A stretch of DNA of 64,000 nt from Callorhinchus milii (GCF_018977255.1 NW_024704742.1:121894001-121958000); one strand, 5' to 3'; shown: positions 12,871-25,560, counted from the first letter of the stretch. The notes: generated by a model not told the origin, from the sequence alone. Program-made: numbers and translations.

Positions 12871-13784
12871 GATGAATACCAATGCAATAAGGAGTCCAGA
12901 AAAAGAAGGGATTAGATGGGAGAAAAATGCAGAGCAGACGCAGTCATTCTTGGAGTGCATGTGCGTAAATGCACGCAGTGTGACAAATAAGATTGGTGAG
13001 CTGCAGGCTCAAGGTGCCACATGGAGTTATGATGTAATGGCAATAACGGAGACTTGGCTCAAACAAGGGCAGGAATGGGAGCTGAATATCCCTGGCTACA
13101 CTGTATTCAAGAGAGATAGGGAAGGAAAAAAATGAGATGGGCTGACAATATTGATTTAAAAACATGGTTATCGCTTGGAAAGGGATGATGTGCTAGAGGG
13201 TCCAAAATCAGAATCTATTTGGTTAGAGTTAAGGAGCAGAAAATGAGCTGTTACTCTGTTAGGTGTATACTATAGACCATCAAATTGTGGGAAGGAGACA
13301 GACGAGCAAATCTGCAAGCAGATTTCAGAAAGATGCAAAACCAATAGAGTAGTGATAATGGGGGACTTCAATTATCCCAATATAGACTGGCAAAATAACA
13401 GTGTAAAGCGTAAGCAGGGAGAAGGATTCCTGAAATGTGTGCAGGATAATTTTCTGGATCAGTATGTTTCCAATCCAACAAGGAAGGAAGCAGTGCTGGA
13501 TCTAGTTCTGGAGAATGAAGTGGGGCACGTGGAGCAGGTTTCAGTAGGAGAGCATCTGGACAACAGTGATCCAAAGATCATTAGGTTTAGAGTACTAATG
13601 GAAAGGACAAGGAACAATTAAAGGTGAAGATACTCAACTGGAAGAGGGCTAATTTCAATGAGTTAAAAAGGGACCTAACCAAGGTGGACTGGAAAGAAAG
13701 ATTGGCAGATAAAACAGCTAATGAGCAATGGGAAACCTTCAAGGAGGAGATAGTTCGGGGACAGAACAAATGCATTCCCATAAA

Positions 13785-13868
13785 ACCAACAACAACAACA
13801 AAATTATATTTGTATCGTGCCTTTCACGTTGGGAGGACGTCCCAAGGTGCTGGACAAACAGAGTTTCC
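13785..13868 (-). mobile_element. Very short L2 tail inserted antisense in CR1
   Basis: aacaacaacaacaaaattatatttgtatcgtgcctttcacgttgggaggacgtcccaaggtgctggaca. Confidence 0.85.
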
Positions 13869-14953
13869 ACAAAGAAGAAAGGTAGGGCATGTAAACCTCC
13901 CTGGACGACTAAAGAAATTGGGATTAAAATAAAACAGAAAAAGGAGGCTTATGTTAAATGTTAGTTCCAAAATACAGAAGATAATCAAATAGAATATAGA
14001 AAATAAAGAGGAGAACCGAAAAAGAAAATAAGAGGAACAAAGAGATTATATGAGAAAAGATTAGCGGGTAACATAAAAGGGAACACTAAGGTATTGCATA
14101 AGCATATAAAGAATAAAAGGTTAGTCAAAGGTAGGGTGGGGCCAATTAGGGACCAAAGAGGAAATCTTCTTGTGAAAGCCAAGGGCATAGCTGATGTACT
14201 GAATGAGTACTTTGCATCCGTCTTCACAAAAGACGAGGATGCAGCCAATGCCACAGCATCGGAGGAGAGGGTAGAGAACTTGGATAGGATAAGAATAAAC
14301 AGAGAGGAGGGGCACTAAAAAGGTTGATGGTGCTTAAGGTAGATAAGTCACCCGGTCCAGACAGGATGCATTCTAGGTTACTGAGTGAAGTGAGGGTGGA
14401 GCGGAGGCTCTGGCCACAATCTTTCAATCCTCCTTGAACACCGGGGTGATGCCAGAGGATTGGAAGGTTGCAAATGTTACTCCCCTGTACAAAAAGGGGC
14501 AGAAGAATAAACCTAGGAACTACAGGCAAGTCAGCCTAACTGCAGGCCAGTCAGTAGTAGGGAAACTTCTAGAGACTATAATCCGGGACAAAATAATTTT
14601 TTTCTTAAAAAGTATGGGTTAATAAAGGACAGCCAAAACAGATTTGTTAAAGGCAAATCACGTCTAACAAACCTGATAATTTTTTGATGAAGTAACGGAG
14701 AGGGTGGATGAAAGTAGTGCAATTGATGTAGTTTATATGGATTTTCAAAAGGCGTTTGATAAAGTGCCACATAAAAGACTTGTAAGCAAAATAGAAGCCC
14801 ACGGTATTAAAGGGACAGTGACAGCATGGATACAGAAATGGTTTGGAGACAGATAGCAGAGAGTGGTTGGTGAATGCTTGTTTTTCTGACTGGAGGGAAG
14901 TATGCAGTGGTGTCCCCCATGGGGACCATTGCTCTTTTTGATCTTTATATATA

Positions 14954-15255
14954 AATAATCCTTGCATTTGATATAGCGCTTTTCACGTCTTCTCGACGTC
15001 TCAAAGCGCTTCACAGAATAGACTGTAAAGTGAATTGACCGAATATTTGTGGGCGAAACGTGGCAGCCAATTGCGCCCACAGTATCCCATAAACAGTCGT
15101 GGATTGAAAATGACCAATTTATTATTGCTTTGTTAAGGGATTATTATTAGGCGTGTGGAGTAAGGAAACTTGCCCAAGGCTTCGCCCTGCCTGGAATTGA
15201 ACCCAGGTGTCTTGCTTGCAAGGTGAGTGCTCTAACCACTGAGCTACAGGACTCC
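14954..15255 (-). mobile_element. Full-length tRNA-derived SINE nested in the CR1 RT
   Basis: Complete head and tail; tttata..aat on both sides. Confidence 0.93.
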
Positions 15256-16384
15256 TTTATAAATGATCTAGACTTGGGTATAGGGAGTACAATTTCCAAG
15301 TTTGCAGATGATGCTAAGCTAGGAAGAGTAGTAAACGGTGAGAAGGGTAGTAGCACACTGCAAGAGGACATAGACAGACTGGTAAAATGGGCAGACACAT
15401 GCAGATGAAGATTAATGTGTAGAAATGCGAATTGATGCATTTTTGGGAGGAAGAATAGGAGAGGCAGTATAAGATAGATAGTACAATCTTAAAGGGTGTG
15501 AAGGAACAGAGAGACCTGGGGTTTCATATGAGTAAATCTTTGAAGGTGGAGGACAAGTAGATAAAGCTGTTAGAAAAAGCATACTGGTTACTAGGCTTTA
15601 TAAATAGGGGCATAGAATACAAAAGTCAGGAAGTTATGATGAACCTTTATAAAACACTGGTAAGGCCTCAGCTAGAGTGCTGTGAACAGTTCTGGGCACC
15701 ACACTTGAGGAAGGATGTCAACTCATTTGGAGAGGGTGCAAAGGAGATTTACCAGGATGGTATCAGGAATGAGGGACTTCAGTTATCAGGAGAGGCGAGA
15801 GAAGCTAGGATTATTCTCCTTGGCAGTAGAGAAGGTTAAGGGGAGATTTAATAGAGGTGTTCAAAATTATAAGGGGATTCGATAGGGTGAACAAGGAGAA
15901 ACTGGTGGGTGGGTCGGTAACCCAAAGGCACCGATTTTAAAATAGTTGTTGAAAGAAACAGAGGGGAAGTGAGAAATGTTTTCACACAGCGATTTGTTTG
16001 GATCTGGAATGCATTGCCTGAAAGCATGGTGGAATCCGATTTAATAACAACTTTTAAGAGAGAAGTAGATAACAAGTTTACAGGGCTATGGGGTTAGAGA
16101 AGGGGAGTAGGATTGATTTGGATAGCTCTTTTCAAAGAGCCGCTGCAGACACAGTGGGCCAAATGGCCTCCTTCTGTGCTGTATAATTCTATGATTCTAT
16201 GAAATAGTGGGTCAAATACAAAAGAATAGAAGCAATGGGATTATATTTTGGGAAGAAGGTCTATAGGTTTTGAAAGTTGTATTTGGAAGGCCTATCAAAG
16301 GAATTAATGTAAATGAAGGCTCAGATTATCCAGTTCTAGAAACAACAACTTTTCATCCCATTGCTATCTTTTCTATAGAATCCA

Positions 16385-16785
16385 ATACAAATTTACATTT
16401 ATAAAGCACCTTTCACATCCCAAGACACTGGACAGTCAAGGGTTTGCACCCAAGCTGGGGGGTGGAATTTGAGAGGGGGGATAAAGGCCAAAATTGCGCT
16501 CGAAGAAGAAGTCTTGAGGCGTTCCTTAAAGAGGGGCAAGGGAAGCGGCGAGTCAAAGAGACTCCGGGTTGGAGTTCTGGAGAGGGGATAGATAGGCTGA
16601 AAGCCTGATGGTGGGTTGGGGAACGTAAAGCAGGCTTGTGCCTGCTAACCAGAAAGTCACAGAGGTAGGGTGGAGCAAGACCATGGAGGGATTTAAACGT
16701 TAAATAAATCTGCTGGGGTTTGGGGAGTCAGTGGAACTGGGCAAGAATGGGGGTGATAAGCTCACGAGCCTAGTGCGGGAAAGCT
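16385..16785 (-). mobile_element. Diverged L2 3' fragment
   Basis: Reverse tail acaaatttacatttataaagcacctttcac; gagtcagtggaactgggcaagaatgggggtgat. Confidence 0.8.
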
Positions 16786-17269
16786 AGGATGGTTTGGGAA
16801 AATATCTCATTTCAATCAACTTTATATGCCCCCTTCTCCGAAATGAAGTTACCTTTGTGGATTTGGTATTGAGAGATCACCTCCACTTTCATTAGGAGCA
16901 GGGAAGCATTTAGATTTCCCACTTACAGTTGCTTTTATCAGGGTAGAGATTATAATGCTGCTGACGCCATCAATTCCATTGGAAATGTCAATTTCAATAT
17001 AAACAGTGCAATATTAGGATGTAAAAGGCTATGAATGAATTTCTTCTGTAATCCCTAACATTTAAAACAGTTGATCTTTGTCTTGTGTGAAAAACAGGCC
17101 AAATACGTACAGGCAACTTGTATTAACATAATTTCATCACTTGATAATAATATTACTAATAAAAGTCCTTGCAACCGAAATAGCTACTAATCATGTAGTT
17201 GAAATGTCTCAAACTGCTTCATAGAATTTACCATATATTGATTCTGTATTTTGTAGATAAACTATGTTG

Positions 17270-17660
17270 TTTAAAGAAAGAACTCTCATTTTAAACTGCC
17301 TTATTCCATCAAAACATTTCAAAGCACTTCTCAATAGTTACTGTCACTTGAATCGTCAGATGCAGTAATCAATTTGTACACAGCAAGGTCCCACCTTGGC
17401 AGCTATGAGGTGAATGAACAATTAATTTGGAGGTTTGTTGGTCATCTCTTTATGAATGGTTTCATGGGATTGCTAATATCCATCTGAAGACCAAGCAGAT
17501 GGGATTTGGTTTAACATTTCATCTGAAAGATAGCACCTCTGACAATGCAGCGCTGTCAAAGCACTACATTGAAGTGTCAGGCTAGGTGATGAGCTCAAGT
17601 CCCAATATGGAACTCACAGCCTTCTGATCCAGAGAAGAGTGTGCATCAACTGAGTCAAAC
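17270..17660 (-). mobile_element. Old DeuSINE
   Basis: ggtttaacatttcatctgaaagatagcacctctgacaatgcagc; ccttctgatccagag. Confidence 0.75.
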
Positions 17661-17724
17661 TGAAAGATTATAACTGTTTGCTGAAGAACTCTTTGATTAT
17701 AAATATCATCTCTATTCACAAGAT

Positions 17725-17905
17725 GATTCTGATGTGATTTAGAGTTGCCATGTTACCTCCCCTCTCTTAACCTTTACTCTGAAATTTCTATCCTTGGCTT
17801 TCTACGTTGCTCTAGCAACGCTCAAAGCAAACCTGAAGAGCAGCATCATTTCTTTCACTGGAACTCTTTTCCACTTCTGTATCTCAATATTCTTGACTTT
17901 CATTT
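17725..17905 (+). mobile_element. Penelope-like GIY-YIG endonuclease C-terminal remnant
   Basis: My translation from 17778, SEISILGFLRCSSNAQSKPEEQHHFF...LNI, resembles the recalled motif SILGLLHC...RKLEEQHLIFRLG...LNI. Confidence 0.65.
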
Positions 17906-18075
17906 TTTTTTGGGGGGGTAGGGTCAGCTGTGTGTCTGACGCCCATTACCATGCTTAAGAATATCCAAATCAGACTGAGAATTCCATACATCCCACTTAG
18001 ACATGGAAATAGATAAATTGTTCGAAAGGAATACGCATTCTTTCCCTGGAGGGATGCATCCTGCTTACCTAATGT

Positions 18076-18398
18076 GGAGTCCTGTAGCTCAGTGGTTAGA
18101 GCACTCGCTTTGCAAGCGAGAGACCTGAGTTCAATTCCAGGAAGGGCGAAACCTTGGGCAAGTTTCCTTACTCCACACGCCTAATAATAATCCCTCCAAA
18201 CCCCAAAACAATAATAAATTGGTCATTTTCAATCTACGACTATTTGTGGGACATTGCTGTGCGCAATTGCTGCCGTGTTCACCAACAAATATACAATCAA
18301 TTCACTTTACAGTGTGTTCTGTGAAGCGCTTTGGGACGTCCCCCCAACGTGAAAAGCGCTATATCAAATGCAAGGATTATTATTATTATTATTATTAT
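18076..18398 (+). mobile_element. Full-length young tRNA-Ala-derived SINE
   Basis: A/B boxes; anticodon arm CTCGC-TTTGCAA-GCGAG; (ATT)n tail. Confidence 0.95.
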
Positions 18399-18940
18399 CA
18401 AGCCTCAATTACGGGAACTCCCTCCTCATCGGCCTTCCCAAGCTTCCCTTCACAAGCTGCAGATCACCCCCAAAACTCTGCAGCTCGTGTACTCTCATGC
18501 ACTAGGCTCCATGACCCGATCATTCCCATTCTCGCCCGACTCCACTGGCTCCCCATCCCCCAGAGGATCGATTTCAAGATCCTCGTCCTCACCTTTAAGG
18601 CCATCCATGGCCTTGCTCCCTCTTACCTCTCTGACCTGCTGACTCTCTACCAACCTGCCCGCTTCCTCCGTTCATCGGGCTCCGGCCTGCTCCATGAATC
18701 CTGCTCTACCATCAGGGGCCGGGCTTTCAATCTCTCTGCCCACACACTCTGGAACTCCATCCCACGGTCCCTTCGCCTCGCTTCTTCCCTTGTCTCTTTC
18801 AAGGCTGGTCTCAAGATCCTTCTCTTCAATCTCGCCTTTGGTCTCCCTCCCACCTCTCTGCCTTCCCTCACCCCTACACCACCCCTCCCCCATGCTCGGG
18901 CCCCAATGCCTGACTGTTCAGTGCTTTGGGACGTTGTTGT
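18399..18940 (+). mobile_element. L2 3' fragment
   Basis: QNSAARVL, LHWLPIPQRIDFKIL, FKAGLK; shortened tail gctttgggacgttgttgttg. Confidence 0.92.
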
Positions 18941-19204
18941 TGACTTTCTGCATCCTCAAACCTTAGGTGAGGGGACCCTGTGACAAGTGGGACAGAGGCA
19001 TACATTATCAGAAATGGGATTGAAGAAGTAAACCCAGATTAATACTGTAGGATGTACCAAGACAGTAGTACAAGAGGTCTTAGGTTTAGAGTGCAAACGG
19101 CAATTTCATTACAGATACCAGGAAGTTTAACTTTTCCCAGAAGATAATTAATGGCTGTAACACATGGCTAAAAAGGGTGCTTGAGGCCAGGACACTAGAC
19201 TTGA

Positions 19205-19360
19205 CAACAACAACACAATTACATATGTATAGCGCCTTTCATGTCGCGATGACGTCCAAGGCGCTGGACAGTCAGCATTTTGGACCCAAGCTGGGGGTCA
19301 GGATCGGGGAGGGTGGAGGGCAGGGGGGGGAAGGAGGGTAATTGAAGGCATGGTTAAAGT
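19205..19360 (-). mobile_element. L2 3' tail fragment
   Basis: caacaacaacacaattacatatgtatagcgcctttcatgtcg...gcgctggacagtcag. Confidence 0.85.
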
Positions 19361-19371
19361 GGAGACTCATC

Positions 19372-19650
19372 TAATAATAAAAATAATAATAATCCTTGCA
19401 TTTGATATAGCGCTTTTCACATTGGGAGGACGTCCCAAAGCGCTTCACAGAACACACTGTAAAGTGAATTGACTGTATATTTGTGGGCGAACGCGGCAGC
19501 CAATTGCGCACAGCAATGTCCCACAAACAGTCGTAGATTGAAAATGACCAATTTATTATTGTTTGGGGTTTTGGAGGGATTATTATTAGGCGTGTAGAGT
19601 AAGGAAACTTGCCCAAGGTTTCGCCCTCTGCCTGGAATTGAACCCAGGTC
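19372..19650 (-). mobile_element. Young SINE, 5' part of head missing
   Basis: Near-identical reverse complement of 18120-18398. Confidence 0.95.
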
Positions 19651-22600
19651 CAATTTCTATGAATCAATTTTCAACGCTCATTGTTTTGTTATGTTTTCTG
19701 ATATGAAGGATACCAAGCCCTTTAATTAGTTAGCAAACATCATGGATGAGATTTTGAAAGGTCATTTTAACGTACTGTTAATAATTTGTATATTGGACAC
19801 AACCACACTTTATATCTGACCTGTCTGTGTTCTTATCCATGAGATCTCATCACTAATCTTGTGTGGCTTCATAAGGATTGCAATGAGTGGAAATAGCTGG
19901 ATTTGAGTTTAAATTTTAGCACTTGAAAAAAGCCTAGTTGACAAATTTAGCTAAATTGACGTGACTAGAAACAGAAAATAGGAATAAAAAAATGTATATA
20001 TCTGCCATTCAAATGACTTTGTGCCAAGAGCAGATGGAGTTTATATAAAAGATTTCAGCGGCAGCGTCTCTGAAAGGTTATGTGATATTTGTAGGTAATG
20101 GCAGATTAACTAAAAGTGTTGCTGAATGTTAATGATAAAGTACAGTACAAATCTGGTTTGATTTCCATTTCTGCAAATAGGATTGGGTTGGAGACCCACC
20201 TGTTAAAATTAGCTTGAGCACCTTGCAGTTGTGCCTGCAATATATAAAAGCAGATATTGAAAATTAATTTGGTCTCTGCAGAAGAAATGAGCTCATAAAA
20301 CTTTGCTTATTAATGTTAATGAGGAGCTGCTTGCCTACAAAATAGCAGTCATAACACTTCAAAGTGTATTAACAGTTTGAGAAGTTTCAATGTGACAATG
20401 TGCTATATTAAATGTCAATGTTATTAAATTATTTACATGCGTTAACTAACAGAGATGTTTTGGCACATTATACATAGGTCATCGACATTGTTGGTATCAA
20501 TGTTGTTGGCTGCTTTATTAAGCAATAAAATGATGCTTGTGATGACAATGTGACAAAAATTCAACAACATCTTGCACAAAAGCACATAAATTGCACAATC
20601 TATACTGCAGTAAGTTTTGCCCTTTTTTGATGAGACTGTACAAAAAGAAGGAGAAAACAGCAAGCAGTTTCAACTTGCTCTGTGGCTGTTGATTGGCTTT
20701 CTGGCTACATTGCTAGCTATTCTTTGAAGGTCTACACTGTAGTATTGACTGGCTACCCTTCCGTTTATGTCAAGCCAAGAAAGAAGGCAAGTAAATTAAT
20801 AGAAAACTTAAATGGCACAAATGCTGACAGAGGATTAAATTTGTGGCTAAATAGATTCCTCCGTAACAAAGGTGTAAACATTGACTGAACACGTTCTTCA
20901 GCACATTTAATGTTCTAGAATTTGATAAGGACACATTTCTCCGAAAGAAATTTGTAGAAATATCTCACAAATTAGGCCCATTTGCTGTAACGACTCAAAG
21001 ACCAGGAAGGACTGGGTGGATTGGGTTACTGGTTGTCCATTTAAAGAAAAATACTAAATCTAGATACCCAAACTATATTAAATACCCACATCAAATGTTG
21101 GTATATTACATTTGCAGTGAATAAATGGAAATTATGTATACATCTGTTTAGCTTGTCTATTGTGCCAGCCAGTATCAGTGCATCAATTCAGCACTGTAAA
21201 TGGAATGCGAGGCTTTTGTTGCACCAAGCATAATTCGACAGGATGTTGAAACAACCGGTGAATCAATTATGGTAATATTAAATCTTGACCCTTCCCTAAC
21301 AAAATAGATACAAATGTACTTAAAAGCATACATGCAGCTAGTTACACTCAGTTGTTGGCAGCTTGATTGCAGGGTCATGAAACTGGGAGACGCAAAGTCA
21401 TGTGCACAATAATACAATGGTACATAAACATTCCAATTTACTGCTGTTTGCTCGACACATAAGAAAGGGACTTTTTTTAAAAAAAAACAGTGATACAAGA
21501 AATGAGGTAGTCAAAAAGCATTAAAGAAAATGGGTGCAGATTGGAAATGAGAGTACCAAATGCAAATTGCCTACAATAATGTGTGGTTGAAATGTTCGCT
21601 GTTGTAAATTCTACATAAAATCAAAGATGCGTGATTGTAAACTGTGCTTTGAAGAATCCTAATGTAATTTTATTATGAAAATTACTTTTCCAGAAACTTG
21701 ATGGAACATTGCACTGTACACAATTATGGCATGTCTTCTGCTGTGTGATGTGTGATGTCCTGTGAAGTGAAGTGATTGACCAATTGTCCATGAAGATTGA
21801 CCAATTTTACCTGAGGAATTGCTGAACAGGATACTGGGAGAAAATAGACATAATAGTAATAATCCTTACATTTGGTATTATGCCTTTCATGTCAAGAGGA
21901 CTTATATAAAAGTGCATCACAGGAATACTGTAAAGTTTAGTGACTGTGTTATGTGGGCAAACATATAAATAGGAAGAGGCAATTCAGCACATTGAATTTG
22001 TTCCACCAGGTATCAGATCTTGGCAGATCTATTAGTACCAGTGATAGGGATATGAAGGGGTGTGGCTCTTTTGCCATACCCCTTTATATCTCTATCACCG
22101 AAGTGTCTAACTCTCTTTTACATATCCCAATTGATTCAATCCCTGCAACTGTCTGAGTAGAACATTCTCCATCTTCATAATCATCTGTGAAGAAATGCTG
22201 AGAGGCATAAAAATAAACTAGGTAATCCAATGCGATATAGTGGTTTGAAGATGTTAGTCCATCAATTGAGATCCAAAACCACTACTTTCCCCAGAAACTC
22301 TTTTTCCCATCAAATGACCCTTGGATGTATCAAAGTGCTGAAAATTATTGAATCATAGAATCTTACAGCACAGAAGAATGCCATTCGGTCCATCAATGCC
22401 TGTGCCGGCTCTTTGAACAAGCTATCCAATTAGTCCCATTCTCCCGCTGGTGAAATTCAATTAGTGAAAGGCAGAACAGTGTGAATAGGGGTGCAATAGC
22501 AAATTGCACTGGAGCCCAGTTATTGAGAGCTCCTGCAGGTTTCAAGCACACTTGATTTGTACCCAATGCAGTAAAAACTCAGTAAGTGTGAATCAAATTG

Positions 22601-22911
22601 CCTTGCACTCCCTCCATGGTCATTGAAAGCTCTTGATGGTACATTGGATAGCCTTGGAACTGTCAAGAGGCTGTTTCTAAATGTTGTCAAGCAGCAATGT
22701 ACAGAACTTTGAAATCAGGTCTTAGTTTTCAGATGCTTTAATATGATGGGGAATGATGAATGCCAATCTGCCTCCTGCTTCATAGCAATCTATTACTGAA
22801 GGCAAGTCTCAACAGTTCTGACAGTATAAATGCAGGGTTGCCTCTTAGCCAATTTTCTTCCTGCACATTTGTTACACACTTAGGCCTGTTGCCAGTTGTA
22901 ATTGGCAAGAT

Positions 22912-23330
22912 GTCAGCCTGGCTTGATTCATAGTTCTCTCACCTCTGAATCAGAAGGTTGTCGATTCAAGCCGACATCGGGACTTTGAACTCATTCAGTC
23001 TCGGCTGACACTCCAAAACTGTTCCATGGCTAATACAGGGTGTGCTGCATTCTTGAAGATGAGATGTTAAACCGAGATCCAGTCTGCCTGTTCAGAACGT
23101 TAAAGGGCCTGTGGCACTACTTAGAGAGTAAGGAGTTTCACCCGGTGTCCTGGCCAGCAATTCCCCAGATATAATTGGTCAGTAAATTCATAGCTACGCA
23201 CAAATTGGTTGCTGTGTTTGCCTACATAGACAGCTACTCCACATTACAATAAATCCTACAAAGCACCTTGAAATGTCTTCCTGACGTAAAAGATACTCTA
23301 TCAAATAGAAGGATTTTTTATTATTATCAT
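22912..23330 (+). mobile_element. Old full-length DeuSINE
   Basis: gtcagcctggc...gatgagatgttaaaccgag...cggtgtcctggcca...aaggatttttt. Confidence 0.8.
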
Positions 23331-24049
23331 ACAGCAGCAAATACGTTTGTGGGCATGGGAGTGGAGTAATACCAGGAAGTTCGTGGAATGGAAAATGGGC
23401 CACTGACTGCCCATGCAGATGTGCCAGGCAAAGGAGAAAGCATGGGAGTGAAGCCTGGTGTCTGAGTGTTGCACACTATCATAGGGAATAACGAGAAGTG
23501 GGGCAAGCTACTGCAATTGACAGGAGCACGAGGGGAAGAGTAACTGCATTTCCAAAGGAAAATGGCAGGAGGAAGAGGAAGAAGAGGAATAGAGCATTGG
23601 AAGAAGCATGGGAGTGACTAGCACAGCATGACCCAAATACAGTAATTGTAATATTTAATTTTATTACACTCAATCAATATTTATCTTGTGAAATCAGCGC
23701 TGCAAATAGTTTAAAAGAAAGGAAAATATATTTATTTTTAAAATCCGGCTCAGATTTTATTTAATGATGTAAAGTAGTATTCCCATTGCTCATTAAGTTA
23801 ATGTAGTAACTGCTCAATAGTTAAATCAAGTCACTAATTGTCTTCCTCTTCTGCAGGGAGGATTGCAGGCCAACAATAATGCCAATACTAGAGACAATTC
23901 TCTGCTGTGAGTCAAAGCTAACTCGCTAACCAGGGGCAGGCTGGCTGGTAGCATTCTTGCCTGCGAGTCAGGAGGTTGTAGATTCAAGCTCCACATTGGG
24001 ACTTTGTACGCACAATCTAGGCTAATGCTCCAATACAGAGCTGGGAGTG

Positions 24050-24280
24050 TAATAATAATAATAATAATAATAATCCTTGCATTTAATATAGCGCTTTTCA
24101 CGTCTTCTAGACATCACAAATTATTATTATTATTATTATTATTATTATCCCAAAGCGCTTCACAGAATATGCTGCAAAGTGAATTGACTGTATATTTGTG
24201 GGCGAACGTGGCAGCCAATTGTGCACAGCAGTGTCCCACAAACAGTCATGGATTGAAAATGACCAATTTATTATTGTTTT
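24050..24280 (-). mobile_element. SINE 3' half with an internal opposite-strand (TTA)n tract
   Basis: (AAT)n tail at 24050-24074; (TTA)n at 24121-24148. Confidence 0.88.
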
Positions 24281-24644
24281 GTTATGTCGAGAGGCTAACT
24301 ATGGAACTCTCATGACCCATTTAATTCTGTTCTGTCCTGACCTCCAAACATATACATATTCACCAGAAATGAATGAATCATAATCCTTGATCGCAACCTG
24401 GGTTAGTTTTTCCCTCCATAATCAAATTATGTTAAAACCAATTTTAGTGGCCTTGACTTAATCTCAATATATGTGATGAACTCTTTACAGGTCTCAGTAT
24501 ACAATAGTTTTATAACAGAACTAGCAATTATGCATTTTTCAAATAAATTTTGTAATAAATTGCTCAAATGGGAACTACTTTAGGTTACCTCGAAGTATAT
24601 CCCATGAGATTTGAATGGCATCATGTACATATTAAATGTAGGAA

Positions 24645-24890
24645 TCAGTTTGGTGTGATATGGGGGGGTCTGATTAATAGGATGTGGGAGGGTGGGGGTG
24701 TTGGACTGGTGTGATGCGGGGGGGTTGGATCAGTGATGTGGGGGATTGCATCGGTATGATATGAGGGGAAGATGAGTGAGATCGGTGTGATGTGCGTGTG
24801 GGGCAGTGGGGGGGGATATTTGTGTGATGTGTGGGGGGAGGGACTGGCGTGATGTGGGAGGTGGATCAGTGTGATGTGAGGGTCAGATGA
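24645..24890. repeat. Degenerate G-rich minisatellite (ggatcggtgtgatgtgggg-like)
   Basis: Recurrent gtgtgatgtg followed by G-runs. Confidence 0.8.
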
Positions 24891-25124
24891 TTACTTTGAT
24901 CTAAATTTTCTGTTTGTATATTTGGTACCAGAATAGATTACATTGCCTTGATTATTGAATACAATCCCTGCAAATATCAGTGTTGTATAATCCTTATAAT
25001 GATCAGTCTCCGATAAAGAAACTTCCTTTATACCTTGGGATTATTCTTTTGATAGTTGGCTCATGTAGCTCCATTTTGCTGATTTCCTTCATAGCAAATG
25101 CCAATAATTATGGCTGAATGGCTT

Positions 25125-25560
25125 TGATGCTCATCTCACCTCAATTGGTAGCTCTTTTATATCTGGGTAGAAAGTTCAAGTTCTAGAGAATTTTAGGGAG
25201 TTTGAGTTTATGGTTTAGGTTGACGCGCCAGTGCAGTGCTGGGGGAGCATTGTTTTATCAGAACTGCCAACTTTTAGATGAGACATTAAAACCGAGGTAT
25301 TGTCTGCCTGTTCAGGTGGATATTAAAGATCCCATGACACTTCAAAAAGAGAACTGAGTTTCTTCCAGTTTCTGGTCTAAAATCTTCCAGAAAAAATTAT
25401 CATTCACTTCATGATTGTTAGTGGGACATTGCTGTGTGCAAATTGTTTGCTGTGTTCAACTACAAATACACATTCACTGCATTTAACAGTAGTTACTTTA
25501 CCAAGAAGTACTTAATGACATTTTAACATGTTAGTAAAAGGCAGTATTGTTTTCATTATT
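25125..25560 (+). mobile_element. Old DeuSINE
   Basis: gatgagacattaaaaccgagg...ttcaggtggatattaaagatcccatgacac. Confidence 0.8.

Larger units (their letters stand above)
11862..16202 (+). mobile_element. Decayed CR1 LINE (end of ORF1 through 3' tail), same family as 27957-32225, interrupted by three antisense insertions
   Basis: NARS/AITETW, GDFNYPNIDW, LDLVL, PEDWKVANVTPLYKKG, KFADD, LVRPQLE; tail aattctatgattctatga at ~16185-16202. Confidence 0.95.

Noticed and set aside
18219..18983. 254-aa ORF as a host gene
   Set aside because: Chance read-through from a SINE tail (poly-Tyr from ATT repeats) into an L2 fragment.
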